Shown: positions 15,033 to 24,040, counted from the first letter of the stretch. The stretch: DNA of 54,466 nucleotides from an uncultured virus (IMG/VR IMGVR_UViG_3300009177_000001) (IMGVR_UViG_3300009177_000001), one strand, 5' to 3'. The notes: generated from the sequence alone by a model not told the origin. Numbers and translations: made by a program.

Positions 15033-15821
15033 TCAGACGACGGGCCGCTTCAGGAGCCCTTCGAGCGTCTCCCGCACGTCGAACCCGAGGTTCGTCGCCG
15101 GGATGTTCGACCAGTCGAAGAAGCCCTCGACGGTGGCGAACGGCGGGCCCGACGACGCCGAGGCGCCGCCGATGCCGAGCGCCGCCTGCGGAGCCAGGAG
15201 CCCCACGTAGGCGATGTTCGGCTTGATCCAGATCGGCAGCACGAAGGCCGACTGGTCCCGCGGCGACGGGATGCCGTTGTTCGCGACCTCCAGCGACGTG
15301 GTGGTGCCGAACACCGACGCGCCCGAGCCCTGCGGGTACTTCTCCACGGGGCCTTCCGACTGCACCTTCTGGTTCACCTGGAAGCGGTGGAACGTCTTCC
15401 GCATGAAGTCGAAGAGCACGCCGCCGGCGACGTTAGCCGGATCGTACCCGCCGAGGTGCGTGTTGCGCGACATCTGGATCGCGCCGCCGCTGTTGGTCTG
15501 GTCCTGCAGGGCGAACGCCTGCTGGGCCGCGTTGCGCGCCATCTCGCGCGTGACGTTGAGCTGGATCGAGTACACCAGCATCTCCCAACCCTCCTGCAGA
15601 CCGGTGTCGCCGGACCGCGGGATGTTGGTGTCGACGGCGGTCAGCACGCGCTGCCCGCCGGGGATCGGCGAGCCCGCCGCCCCGATGAAGACCTGGACCA
15701 CCTGGCTGTCCGTGCCCTCGAACTCCACCGTGTGGTAGAGCCGATCGTGCGTCCAGTCTGCGAACTCGATCGGGAAGGGGACGCCCCTGACCCGAACGGT
15801 GAGTGTGCCGGTGCTGGCCAT
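15033..15821 (-). CDS. Candidate major capsid protein (beta-rich, jelly-roll-like)
   Basis: 262 aa, beta-rich, strongly GC3-biased codons, followed by a strong terminator, flanked by membrane/core genes; no HK97 features seen. Confidence 0.5.
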   Translation of the reverse strand: MASTGTLTVRVRGVPFPIEFADWTHDRLYHTVEFEGTDSQVVQVFIGAAGSPIPGGQRVLTAVDTNIPRSGDTGLQEGWEMLVYSIQLNVTREMARNAAQQAFALQDQTNSGGAIQMSRNTHLGGYDPANVAGGVLFDFMRKTFHRFQVNQKVQSEGPVEKYPQGSGASVFGTTTSLEVANNGIPSPRDQSAFVLPIWIKPNIAYVGLLAPQAALGIGGASASSGPPFATVEGFFDWSNIPATNLGFDVRETLEGLLKRPVV

Positions 15822-15990
15822 GTTCTGCTTGTCCTTCTCCGCGCGGGGTCGGCGTAGCCGGTGTGGTCCCGCGCAGGGAAACGAGATCGACGTCTTTGCC
15901 TTCGCTCAGCTCGTGACGCCTTGGAGCTGTGCGCGTCCCGCTAGATCACCCGCACCGGCGCGGAACGACACCGGTGCGCTCGTGTGCGAA

Positions 15991-16518
15991 TCAGGCGGCG
16001 CTGAGGAAGTTCGTGCCGAAGCCGTTGCCGAGAACCTCGACGCCATCGGCGGCCGGGCCCGCGAGCGGATGAACTTCCTCCGCCACGGTGGTGCCGAGAA
16101 CGCCAGTCGAGCCGCTGCCCGAGTCGAGCAGCTGCACGGCCGGGTCACCGTCGCCGAGAGCCTGGTACTGCTCCGGCGTGATGATCCCGAGACCGTTCAT
16201 CGCGGCCGTCTCCTCGCGGTGCCCGAGGCCCATGAAGCCTTCGAGGATGCGGGGCACGGTCATGATGCCGACGGTGGCGAGGGCGCTGATGCCCGTGGTG
16301 CGGTGCTTCGAGGACATGATGAGCCCGAGGCTCACCAGGCCGCCGAGGATCGCGCCGTGAAGCCCCGCGTGGCGCAGCGCCTTCGGGTTCCTCTTGGCGT
16401 GCAGGTGCGCGAGCATCACGCCGATCTGCGTGGCGCCGCCTCCGATGAGCGGGCCTGCGATGTGCGAGTGATCGCCGGAATCTCCGAAGAAGCTCCGGCG
16501 GCGTCGTCCGAGTGCCAT
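15991..16518 (-). CDS. Membrane-associated virion protein with Arg-rich N-terminus
   Basis: AAAGGAG RBS; hydrophobic segments; many LG/FG motifs. Confidence 0.65.
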   Translation of the reverse strand: MALGRRRRSFFGDSGDHSHIAGPLIGGGATQIGVMLAHLHAKRNPKALRHAGLHGAILGGLVSLGLIMSSKHRTTGISALATVGIMTVPRILEGFMGLGHREETAAMNGLGIITPEQYQALGDGDPAVQLLDSGSGSTGVLGTTVAEEVHPLAGPAADGVEVLGNGFGTNFLSAA

Positions 16519-16569
16519 GTTGGTTTTCTCCTTTCGTCCGATGTGGTGTTGGTGTGGTCGGACGACCGA

Positions 16570-16701
16570 CTACCGACGGTGCCGGCGGCGACGGCGGTGC
16601 GAGCCGAACAGGTGCGCGCGGCGACGGCGGCGCCGGGGCGTCTTGCGGCACCGCTTGGTGCCCTTCTTGAAGCCGTACTTGCAGGTCTTGCGTCGAGCCA
16701 T
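16570..16701 (-). CDS. Protamine-like 43-aa protein (absent from ORF track)
   Basis: MARRKTCKYGFKKGTKRCRKTPRRRRRRAHLFGSHRRRRRHRR; AAAGGAG RBS. Confidence 0.7.
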   Translation of the reverse strand: MARRKTCKYGFKKGTKRCRKTPRRRRRRAHLFGSHRRRRRHRR

Positions 16702-16761
16702 GGCGTTCTCTCTCCTTTCGGGTCTTCGTTTCGGGTGTGCGGGAAAGCTGGGCGAAGGCGA

Positions 16762-17412
16762 TCAGATCGCGGTGCGGACGGTGGCGCCGTTGGTGAAGTG
16801 CAGCTCGACGGCACCACCGCGCATGAGCGCCGCGAGCGGACCGCCGATGATCTCGGGCGGCAGCGCCGCGAGCCCGGTCATCCGGAGCGTCTGTGCTGCA
16901 CGACGGAGCGCGCTGGCGGCGGCCTGCGCGCCTTGATCGGACGGCGACGCGGCGATCGCGAACTTGGCGAGCGGGCGCCCGTTGTGCTCCCCGAGCACCA
17001 CCGCGGGCGCCTCGGCGTCGTGCAGGTTCGCGCTCGGGTGCAGGCGGCGGATGTCCGAGATCGCCGGGTGCACACGCCGGTGCTGTTGCTGCCAGTGGTA
17101 GCGCGACGAGTGCGTGTTCGCCGGCGGCGCGGTGGGCGCCGTCTGGATGGCAGTTGGGGGCGGCGCCACCATTGTCTCGGCCACCGACGTGGTGACGGCG
17201 TTCGGCGGCGCCTGCGTCACGGGTGTGACCGACGTGATCGCGCCACCCGCCGGCATGTAGGGCACGTGCCCCGGCATCGTCGTCACGTCGAGCACGTGCT
17301 GCAGCGTCAGATCACGCCGGGCGTCGCGCGGGCTGACCGGCTGGATGAGCCCCGAGCGCATCACGAGCGCGGGGATGCTGCCGCGGCCTCCAGGTCCCTG
17401 TTGTGCGTGCAT
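16762..17412 (-). CDS. Hypothetical protein (Pro/Thr-rich)
   Basis: First ORF after leader copy 3; start uncertain. Confidence 0.55.
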   Translation of the reverse strand: MHAQQGPGGRGSIPALVMRSGLIQPVSPRDARRDLTLQHVLDVTTMPGHVPYMPAGGAITSVTPVTQAPPNAVTTSVAETMVAPPPTAIQTAPTAPPANTHSSRYHWQQQHRRVHPAISDIRRLHPSANLHDAEAPAVVLGEHNGRPLAKFAIAASPSDQGAQAAASALRRAAQTLRMTGLAALPPEIIGGPLAALMRGGAVELHFTNGATVRTAI

Positions 17413-17457
17413 CGGTTCGCGCCTCGTGCTGGTGGTGGAAGCGCGACCCGGAAATAG

Positions 17458-17553
17458 AAAAAGGCGCTCGCCGAAGGGGATGTCCCTTCGAGGAGCGCCA
17501 GTTACTCTGGTCGCGCAGAGGTAGTCGGGCTTTTGGCCGGACCTATGTCGAGC
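17458..17553 (-). promoter_or_regulatory. Attenuator leader copy 3, heading the capsid operon
   Basis: GACATAGG..GCGACCAGAGTAACTGGCGCTC...GAGCGCCTTTTT; TTGACT-18-CACACT promoter at 17558-17587. Confidence 0.75.
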
Positions 17554-17616
17554 GGTCAGTGTGCCTTGACTTGTGCGCGGAAGTCAAATCGGAGAGGATT
17601 GAAGCGGAGGCAACGG

Positions 17617-17964
17617 ATGGAGATCTTCACGATCAGCGGTGCGCCGGCCGATGGCGTCGAGGTGCTCGGTGATACGCCCAACCAGCTGTTCGATCGGCTG
17701 CGCCAGCGCATGACCGGTCCGACCGGGCCAACACCGCGCGATCAGATGTGCGCGCAGCAGGTGAAGACCGTGTTCCTCGCCGGCATCGGCACCACGGTGG
17801 GCTCCGTCGGCGTGGGGCTCTTCGGCACCTACAAGACGCTGCGGTCGGGGAACCGCGCGCTGGGGGTCACGTCGCTGATCGGCGCGGCGCTGCTCTTCGG
17901 CGTGAGCCGCGTGCTGCTCGGGAACGCTGCGAAGCGGTTCCAGGCGTGTCGAACGGCTGCGTAG
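17617..17964 (+). CDS. 2-TM membrane protein
   Basis: GGAGG RBS before ATG 17617; two TMs. Confidence 0.65.
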   Translation: MEIFTISGAPADGVEVLGDTPNQLFDRLRQRMTGPTGPTPRDQMCAQQVKTVFLAGIGTTVGSVGVGLFGTYKTLRSGNRALGVTSLIGAALLFGVSRVLLGNAAKRFQACRTAA

Positions 17965-17985
17965 CGAAAAAGGAGCGACGAGAAC

Positions 17986-18249
17986 ATGGCACGACGAAGA
18001 GTTGGTCTCGGGTCAACGGCCAAGGTGCACGCGAAGCGCGCCACGATCGCAGCAGAGAAGGCCGTCGAGGCTGCGCGGAAGACGATCTCCTTCGCAGAAG
18101 ACGGCGCCTGCGAGATGGCCTACGCCAACTTCAAGGGCATGAATTTCCACGCAGGTGAAGTTCGCGCACACGGCCACCACATCGTCCACAACGAGGGGCT
18201 GCTCCGCCGCGCGGAGCACGTGTTCCGGACCGGCTGTCTCAAGCTCTAG
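17986..18249 (+). CDS. Small basic protein
   Basis: AAGGAG RBS; begins MARRRVGLG. Confidence 0.65.
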   Translation: MARRRVGLGSTAKVHAKRATIAAEKAVEAARKTISFAEDGACEMAYANFKGMNFHAGEVRAHGHHIVHNEGLLRRAEHVFRTGCLKL

Positions 18250-18268
18250 TGGCCTGCTCCGTCGCTGA

Positions 18269-18574
18269 ATGACCTGCCGTCGTGCACTTCCCCGCCACCT
18301 CGTCGAGCACGCCGAACGCGTGGCAGCGACCCGTGGCGTCTCGAAGGTGGCGCGCAGCCCACGTGGCTTCTTGCCCGCATGGAAGGCGAACGACCTCGAC
18401 ATGGACTGGTGCCGCAAGCGCGAAGGATTCATCGAGCGGCACATGGCACAGGTTCGGAAGCGGCGTGAGCCGCTGTGGCGGAACGGCGAGCCCACGCGCC
18501 GGCACCTCGCGCTCGTGATGTGGGCGTATTCGCCGACGCCCGCCAAGCTCGCGGCGTGGGCAAGAAAGACGTGA
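18269..18574 (+). CDS. Basic hypothetical protein
   Basis: Arg/Trp-rich ORF in operon. Confidence 0.55.
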   Translation: MTCRRALPRHLVEHAERVAATRGVSKVARSPRGFLPAWKANDLDMDWCRKREGFIERHMAQVRKRREPLWRNGEPTRRHLALVMWAYSPTPAKLAAWARKT

Positions 18575-18819
18575 TGCCCCACCCCCGACGCCTCTCCGGC
18601 CCGATGATGTGCGACGTCTCCGTGTGGGACTTCGCGCTTCCGGTGATGCTCGGCTCGCTGGCCGGCGCCGGCGCGGGCACCGTCGCACGCCGGTTCATGC
18701 GTGACGAGCGGCCGAAGACGCAGGCGGCGATCTTCACGATCACGCATGCGGCGGCGTTCTGGCTCGTCGGCGGGCTCGTGTTCGTGCTCCGGCAGCGCCG
18801 GGCGCATCACAGCGCTTGA
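18574..18819 (+). CDS. Small 2-TM protein
   Basis: TGATG coupling; two hydrophobic helices. Confidence 0.55.
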   Translation: MPHPRRLSGPMMCDVSVWDFALPVMLGSLAGAGAGTVARRFMRDERPKTQAAIFTITHAAAFWLVGGLVFVLRQRRAHHSA

Positions 18820-18852
18820 CGCCTGCTGCGGCGGCGCCGGATACTCGACGCC

Positions 18853-19170
18853 ATGGCCATCACGTACACGAAGAACTTCGCCACCCCCTACCGGCTGCGC
18901 TACGACGCCTCCGGGGACGGCTCGGCAGCGAAGTCACGGACGGCGCTGCTGGCCGACTGCGCCGCAGGGCCGCTCAAGGCGTACCTCGCACGGGTTCTCG
19001 ACTGGTCAGGCATCGGTATCACGGACAAGAACGTGTCCGTGGTCATCGTGAACGAGCAGACGCCCGACGCGGCACAGGTCTTGTTTCACACCGACGACAT
19101 GACGACCACCATCGTGACGTCGGGGCTGCTCAGCTTCGAGCTGACGTTTCACCACTCGATAGAACGCTAG
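18853..19170 (+). CDS. Hypothetical protein
   Basis: TTGACG-18-GATACT promoter 7 nt before ATG. Confidence 0.6.
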   Translation: MAITYTKNFATPYRLRYDASGDGSAAKSRTALLADCAAGPLKAYLARVLDWSGIGITDKNVSVVIVNEQTPDAAQVLFHTDDMTTTIVTSGLLSFELTFHHSIER

Positions 19171-19334
19171 CGCTTCACCGTCGCGCGGCCGATCAAGAAG
19201 CCGATCAGCCCCACGGCCACGCCGAGCCCGATCGACTTCAGCGTGTACCACCGTACGAAGTAGTCCGGCGCCTGCGTGATGGCCGTGCGCGCATCAGCGG
19301 CGAAGTCGCCGAGCTGGGGCTGCTGCAAGAGCAT
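19167..19334 (-). CDS. Small TM protein, 55 aa (absent from ORF track)
   Basis: MLLQQPQLGDF...IGLGVAVGLIGFLIGR; TGATG coupling. Confidence 0.55.
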   Translation of the reverse strand: MLLQQPQLGDFAADARTAITQAPDYFVRWYTLKSIGLGVAVGLIGFLIGRATVKR

Positions 19335-19597
19335 CACTTCACCTGCAAGCGCCGCGTCTTCGTCAGGCCGACGGTCTTGTGGCCGCCGTAAGCGTTGTTC
19401 ACTAGGCAGTGCGGGTTCGCGCCGTGGCTCTCTTTCACAGTCTTCTTCGCGAACTTCAGCGCGTCGGGCTCTGACGTGAAGCTCTTTGCCTCGTCCAGGC
19501 CCGTCGAGAGGATGCGCGTGAAGTAGCAGAGCACGGTGAACTTTTCACCGTCGTCATCGCTGCCGAACCCCCGGCGTCTTCGCGCCACCGTTGTCAC
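19334..19597 (-). CDS. Small protein with RRRRGFG N-terminus
   Basis: Coupled ORF. Confidence 0.55.
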   Translation of the reverse strand: MTTVARRRRGFGSDDDGEKFTVLCYFTRILSTGLDEAKSFTSEPDALKFAKKTVKESHGANPHCLVNNAYGGHKTVGLTKTRRLQVK

Positions 19598-19932
19598 ACG
19601 ATTCGGCAGGGCGCCGCGCCAAACGCTTCAGCCACATCGCCGATGTCGCCGTGGCCGTTCGCCTTCTCCCACGCCTTTTCCACCTCGGCCGCGCGGCTGC
19701 TGATCTGGCCGCCCGGCTCGCAGCTCGCGCACGCCGGCTGCGGGTTGTCCATCACGTCGAACGCCTGCTGCGAAATCGCGAGCGCCTCGCCGATCTCGTC
19801 CTGAATGGAGCGCATGCGCTCCGGAGGACCCGCAAGCTGCACGGTGACCGTCACGCCGCCAACCTGTGCCTCGAAGCTGATCTTCGTGATCGGCAGCTTC
19901 GCCGGCGACAGCTCGAAAATTCCTTCTTGCAT
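19594..19932 (-). CDS. Hypothetical protein
   Basis: Coupled ORF; contains CASC. Confidence 0.5.
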   Translation of the reverse strand: MQEGIFELSPAKLPITKISFEAQVGGVTVTVQLAGPPERMRSIQDEIGEALAISQQAFDVMDNPQPACASCEPGGQISSRAAEVEKAWEKANGHGDIGDVAEAFGAAPCRIV

Positions 19933-19934
19933 GT

Positions 19935-20174
19935 TCACACCTTTCTCACGCTTCGACCGACGCTGCACCGGCCGTGCGAAGGCACCAGTACCGCGTGTGC
20001 TTTCGTCCCGACCGAGCACCGCCCGCGCCGCCAGTGGCGCTTCGGGCAGCCGACGAGCACCCATGCCCGCCCGCTCTTCTTCCACCGGAAGCTCTTGCGG
20101 TCGAACACCCGCTTCGAGGCGAGCGCCCGTTCGCAGAAGCGCCCCGTGATCTTCCGCCGACGCGACGCCATCAC
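19935..20174 (-). CDS. Small basic Cys-containing protein
   Basis: Arg/Lys-rich; coupled. Confidence 0.55.
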   Translation of the reverse strand: MMASRRRKITGRFCERALASKRVFDRKSFRWKKSGRAWVLVGCPKRHWRRGRCSVGTKAHAVLVPSHGRCSVGRSVRKV

Positions 20175-20746
20175 TTCTTCTTGTCGCGCTCCTTGAAGTA
20201 CATCACCGCGAGCGCGAGCACGGCGAGCCCCGCGATCACTCCGCCCGGATGCAACTGGATGTGCTCGTACTGCGCCGGGATGAATGCCTTCACGTCCAGC
20301 GACGCCTCGTTCGTCGGCAGACCACCGGGCCCGCGACGTGGCGGCCTGTAGGCTGGCGGCGGGTAGTAGCCCGGCTGCGGCGGTGGGTAATAGGCGGCCA
20401 TCGGAATTCCTCCCGGTTGCTGTGGTGCGGGCTTCGGCGCTGCTGCTGGCGTCTTTGCTTGGGAGGATACACCAAGCGCGGCACCCTCCACGAACGAGGT
20501 GATCTGCGGCAGGAAGTGACGAATCTGGCCCGCCGTGAGCTTGCCCGTGCGCAGCTCCGCCGGCGCGAACGGCACGTAGCCCATCGCCTTGTTCACCGCG
20601 GCGGTGGTGAGCGGACCGATGCGGCCGTCGATCGTGGTCGCCGCCGCCGGATCGTTCACGCGCGCTGCGAGCGTCGCGAGTGCCGTCTGGAGACGCAGCA
20701 CCGCTGGATCGGGTGACGTCTTGCCTTTGGCCGCGGAGAGGATCAC
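20171..20746 (-). CDS. Peptidoglycan-binding-like domain protein with C-terminal TM
   Basis: V..LQ.AL...IDGRIGPLT.AAV motif (PG_binding_1-like). Confidence 0.6.
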   Translation of the reverse strand: MILSAAKGKTSPDPAVLRLQTALATLAARVNDPAAATTIDGRIGPLTTAAVNKAMGYVPFAPAELRTGKLTAGQIRHFLPQITSFVEGAALGVSSQAKTPAAAPKPAPQQPGGIPMAAYYPPPQPGYYPPPAYRPPRRGPGGLPTNEASLDVKAFIPAQYEHIQLHPGGVIAGLAVLALAVMYFKERDKKK

Positions 20747-20747
20747 A

Positions 20748-20960
20748 TCACACCTGCGGCAAATTGCTCGGGAGGAAGGACTGGTTCACGCGCACGATCT
20801 GCACATTCCCGTCCTTGATCTGAATCACCACATCGGCGTGCGCCTTAGCGCCGAGCAGCTGCACGATGAGCCGACCGAGCATCGACCACATCACAGGGAA
20901 GCCCGGCGTGACCGCTGCCGGCATCGGCTTGACGACGTTCACTTGCGCCTCATGTACCAC
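20748..20960 (-). CDS. Hypothetical protein
   Basis: Fills gap in operon. Confidence 0.45.
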   Translation of the reverse strand: MVHEAQVNVVKPMPAAVTPGFPVMWSMLGRLIVQLLGAKAHADVVIQIKDGNVQIVRVNQSFLPSNLPQV

Positions 20961-21157
20961 GCGGTGGCGCCGACACCGATGGCGACGCCCAGCACCACGC
21001 CGAGCATCACGGGCACGACAGGGAAGCTGCCGTCGGGCGACGAGAGCATCGAGCCCGGACGCATCGAGAAGCGCGCTTTCGACCCGGGCAGCGGGATATC
21101 CATCGTGCCGCCGTCGGGCAGCCGGAGCGTGCGCACGTTGGCCTCGCCGAGGTTCAT
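20939..21157 (-). CDS. Small tail-anchored membrane protein
   Basis: AAGGAG RBS; C-terminal TM followed by RRK. Confidence 0.6.
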   Translation of the reverse strand: MNLGEANVRTLRLPDGGTMDIPLPGSKARFSMRPGSMLSSPDGSFPVVPVMLGVVLGVAIGVGATAWYMRRK

Positions 21158-21705
21158 GGCTCCTTCACCTCGAAATCCTTGTAGCTGGCCATCGGCGGCA
21201 ACGTGCCGGCCGAGCCGCGCGGCAGCGTCGTGTCGAGCGCGATCCAGGTGCGCTGCGAACCCTTCGGCGTGGCAGCCATGCAGAAGATGTGGTCCCACGT
21301 CGCGCCGGTGTTGGACGTGATCCGGAACTTCGTCTCGAAGCCGTTCTCCAGCGCGAGCACGGCGCAGAGAACCGAGTGATCGTCGCAGTCGCCTCCACCG
21401 AACTGCAGTGTCCGGTACGACGACTGGAACGTGTCCTTGCGCGTGATATCGCCCGTGTACCGGACGTTGTTTTTCACGAACCAGTAGATCGCTTGCAGCT
21501 CGCACTGGTCATCGCGCGCACGACACGCCTTCGTGACCTCCAGTCCGATCTGCCGCATGCGCGCGTCACGGATGCCACCGATAGGCTCTGCACGAGGATC
21601 GAACGCCTGATCTCCAAGCCACACGAGGCGCCGAAGAATTCGCACGCGATCCTCCAGCGTCCGCACCGTGTGCGAACGGAGCATGGGCCCGGGATCGCGT
21701 AGCAC
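21154..21705 (-). CDS. Transglutaminase-like cysteine enzyme (candidate maturation protease)
   Basis: VRYTGD, GDCDDH (Cys), WDHIF (His), WIALDTT (Asp) triad. Confidence 0.8.
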   Translation of the reverse strand: MLRDPGPMLRSHTVRTLEDRVRILRRLVWLGDQAFDPRAEPIGGIRDARMRQIGLEVTKACRARDDQCELQAIYWFVKNNVRYTGDITRKDTFQSSYRTLQFGGGDCDDHSVLCAVLALENGFETKFRITSNTGATWDHIFCMAATPKGSQRTWIALDTTLPRGSAGTLPPMASYKDFEVKEP

Positions 21706-21786
21706 GCTCCCCAGAATGCACGCTCTGTGCCCCTACGGTCAAGTCCGCGCCACGTCAGTTGACCGTGCTGCCGCCCCACGCGTAGG

Positions 21787-22131
21787 ATGGAGTACATCGT
21801 GGTGCTCGGGATCTCCGCCAGAGACATCGTCAAGGCTGCGACCGATCCGCGCGCCCAGACGCTCGTCGCCACCGCCGCGCAGGCGTATGCGCCCGAGCAG
21901 ACGAAGAAGATCACGGCGGCGACGAGTCAGGCGCTGCAGCACTACCGCCAGGCCCGCGCGATCTTGCAACAGCCGCGACGGCCCGGTGGTCCTCCGCCAC
22001 AGATGATGCCGATGCCGCAGATGGACGCCGACGGGATGCCGCCGGTGGCTCCCGTCCAGAAGAGCAACATCCTCACGTTCGGAATCATCGGCGGCGCCGC
22101 CCTCGTCGTCCTACTCATGCTGAGGAAGTGA
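21787..22131 (+). CDS. Tail-anchored membrane protein
   Basis: C-terminal TM followed by RK; start may be GTG 21799. Confidence 0.65.
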   Translation: MEYIVVLGISARDIVKAATDPRAQTLVATAAQAYAPEQTKKITAATSQALQHYRQARAILQQPRRPGGPPPQMMPMPQMDADGMPPVAPVQKSNILTFGIIGGAALVVLLMLRK

Positions 22132-22721
22132 TCATGTACTTCGGATCCCAACAGCGCCCTCTCGTCCCGCACTTCCGGCCCATGATGCCGCCGCCATCGG
22201 CGCGCCCAATGCCACGCTACATGCCGCCGCAGCTCGTGCCGCGGCCCGCGACGCCCCACCCGATGGTCATCCGCGCCAGGCCCGCACCGCGCTTCACCTA
22301 CGCGCAGGAGCTGAAGCGCCGGCACGAAGTGTTCGCGCGCCAGCGCGGCTTTCGCTCGACGGCGGAGCTGATGGTCGCCGCGCAGCAGAACGCCCAGCTT
22401 CGCGCCGAGATCGCAGCGCTGCAGGCACAAGCAGCGGCTGCAGCCGCCGCTCCCGCACCACCCGCTCCCACGATGCCGATGACGCCCACGGTGGTCGCGC
22501 CGCCGGCCGCGATGCCCGAGCCGCAGACGTCGGTATCGCCGGCGTCGCCGGGTGCCGATCTCACGTCGACACAGGACGAAGCCGCGGCGGACGCGCAGCC
22601 CGAGCCGCCGAAGACGTCGAAGAAGTTCATCATCATCGCTGCCGTGGCAGCGGCTGGCGTGGGCGTCGCGGGGTTCGTGATCATCCGCCGGCGGAAGCGC
22701 AAGGCCGCGTCGGCAAGCTGA
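22128..22721 (+). CDS. Pro-rich tail-anchored membrane protein
   Basis: C-terminal TM followed by RRRKRK. Confidence 0.65.
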   Translation: MIMYFGSQQRPLVPHFRPMMPPPSARPMPRYMPPQLVPRPATPHPMVIRARPAPRFTYAQELKRRHEVFARQRGFRSTAELMVAAQQNAQLRAEIAALQAQAAAAAAAPAPPAPTMPMTPTVVAPPAAMPEPQTSVSPASPGADLTSTQDEAAADAQPEPPKTSKKFIIIAAVAAAGVGVAGFVIIRRRKRKAASAS

Positions 22722-22730
22722 GGTGCTGCC

Positions 22731-23588
22731 ATGATGCTCGCGCACGTTCGGGACAACGGCCTCGGGATCACGCTGAACCCGATCAAGGCCGTGAAGTGGA
22801 CAGCGAAGACGGCCACGCGCGCCGTCACGCATCCCGTGTCGACGGTGAAGAAGACCGTGTCGGCCGCGACGCACCCGATTCGGTCAGTGAAGTACGTCGC
22901 GCGCCAAGCCGGTGGTGCGGCATCGCAGGTCGGCACGGCGCTCAAGAGGGGTGTGCTCAAGCCCGCCGAGTGGCTGGCCTCGAAGGCCACGGCGCCGCTG
23001 CGCTCGCGCGTGCTCAAGCTGCGGCAGCGCCGCGCCGTGAAGCTCGCGTGGGACAAGCGCAGGTCGAAGCAGCCGAATGCCGCCGAGCAGGCCGAGGCGA
23101 AGAGCTGGACGAAGAGCCGCCTGAAGTCGAGCGGACCGCAGGGCTACCTCCTCGCGCTCTTTGCCGGCGCGGACACCGGCGTACTGATGGGCGCGTACGA
23201 TGTGCATCCGCGCGGCCTCGGGTTCGATCCGGCTACCGCTTCGGTGATCGCGGCGTCGATCCCTGTGCTGATGGCCATCCTGAACGCCGTGCTGTCGAAC
23301 AGCGCGAAGAGCGGAGAGGCGCCGGCAGATCCGGGTGCCGATGCCGCTGCCGAAGCGGCGGAGGCACAGGCGGCAGGGGAGAGCCCCGGCGCCGTCGACA
23401 TGGGTCCGGCGCAGGACCAAGCGGCTGCCGACGCGATCGCCGCGCAAGGTGGTGGCGACGGCGATGCGGGCGGCGGAATGCGAAGCCTCATCCCCGGCGG
23501 CGCGAAGAAGTCCAACATGCTGCTCTACGCCGGGATCGGCGGCGCCGTGCTGCTCGTCCTGATGTTGGTTGGCAAGAAGAAGGACTGA
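22731..23588 (+). CDS. Basic tail-anchored membrane protein
   Basis: Repeated THPV/THPI units; C-terminal TM followed by KKKD. Confidence 0.7.
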   Translation: MMLAHVRDNGLGITLNPIKAVKWTAKTATRAVTHPVSTVKKTVSAATHPIRSVKYVARQAGGAASQVGTALKRGVLKPAEWLASKATAPLRSRVLKLRQRRAVKLAWDKRRSKQPNAAEQAEAKSWTKSRLKSSGPQGYLLALFAGADTGVLMGAYDVHPRGLGFDPATASVIAASIPVLMAILNAVLSNSAKSGEAPADPGADAAAEAAEAQAAGESPGAVDMGPAQDQAAADAIAAQGGGDGDAGGGMRSLIPGGAKKSNMLLYAGIGGAVLLVLMLVGKKKD

Positions 23589-23591
23589 CAG

Positions 23592-23831
23592 GTGGAGGAG
23601 ATCACCGAGATGTTCAACATCGATCCCGAGTTCGACGTTCTGATCGACGGCGAGATGGCCGAAAAGTTCCCCGAGGCGTTCATCTGGCGTGCGAAACGAC
23701 GCGCGCAGCTTGCACAGCAGCTGAAGAAGGAACGCGCGGAAAAGATCGCACTGCTGCGCCAACGCGGCCCGTTGGGTGGCGGCTGCTTCGGGATCGACGA
23801 CGTCGAGACGGCCGAGCTGCCCGTACCCTGA
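23592..23831 (+). CDS. Hypothetical protein
   Basis: Coupled ORF. Confidence 0.55.
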   Translation: MEEITEMFNIDPEFDVLIDGEMAEKFPEAFIWRAKRRAQLAQQLKKERAEKIALLRQRGPLGGGCFGIDDVETAELPVP

Positions 23832-24031
23832 TGGCCAGCGCGACGTCGCCATCGCGCTGGGACACGTTCGTCGACTACGCCCAGCAAGCCGAAGAGCTGA
23901 TCGACGCGCCCATCTACGACCTCGCCGCGATTTTGGCCGTCGACGCCACGTGGCTCGGGGGCCTCGTGCTCATCACGAAAGCCGTGGTCACGGGCCTCGT
24001 GATGGAGTTCGGCGGCAAGAAGAAGCAGTAA
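23831..24031 (+). CDS. Small membrane protein
   Basis: TGATG coupling; hydrophobic C-terminal half. Confidence 0.5.
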   Translation: MASATSPSRWDTFVDYAQQAEELIDAPIYDLAAILAVDATWLGGLVLITKAVVTGLVMEFGGKKKQ

Positions 24032-24040
24032 GGGCGCGCG

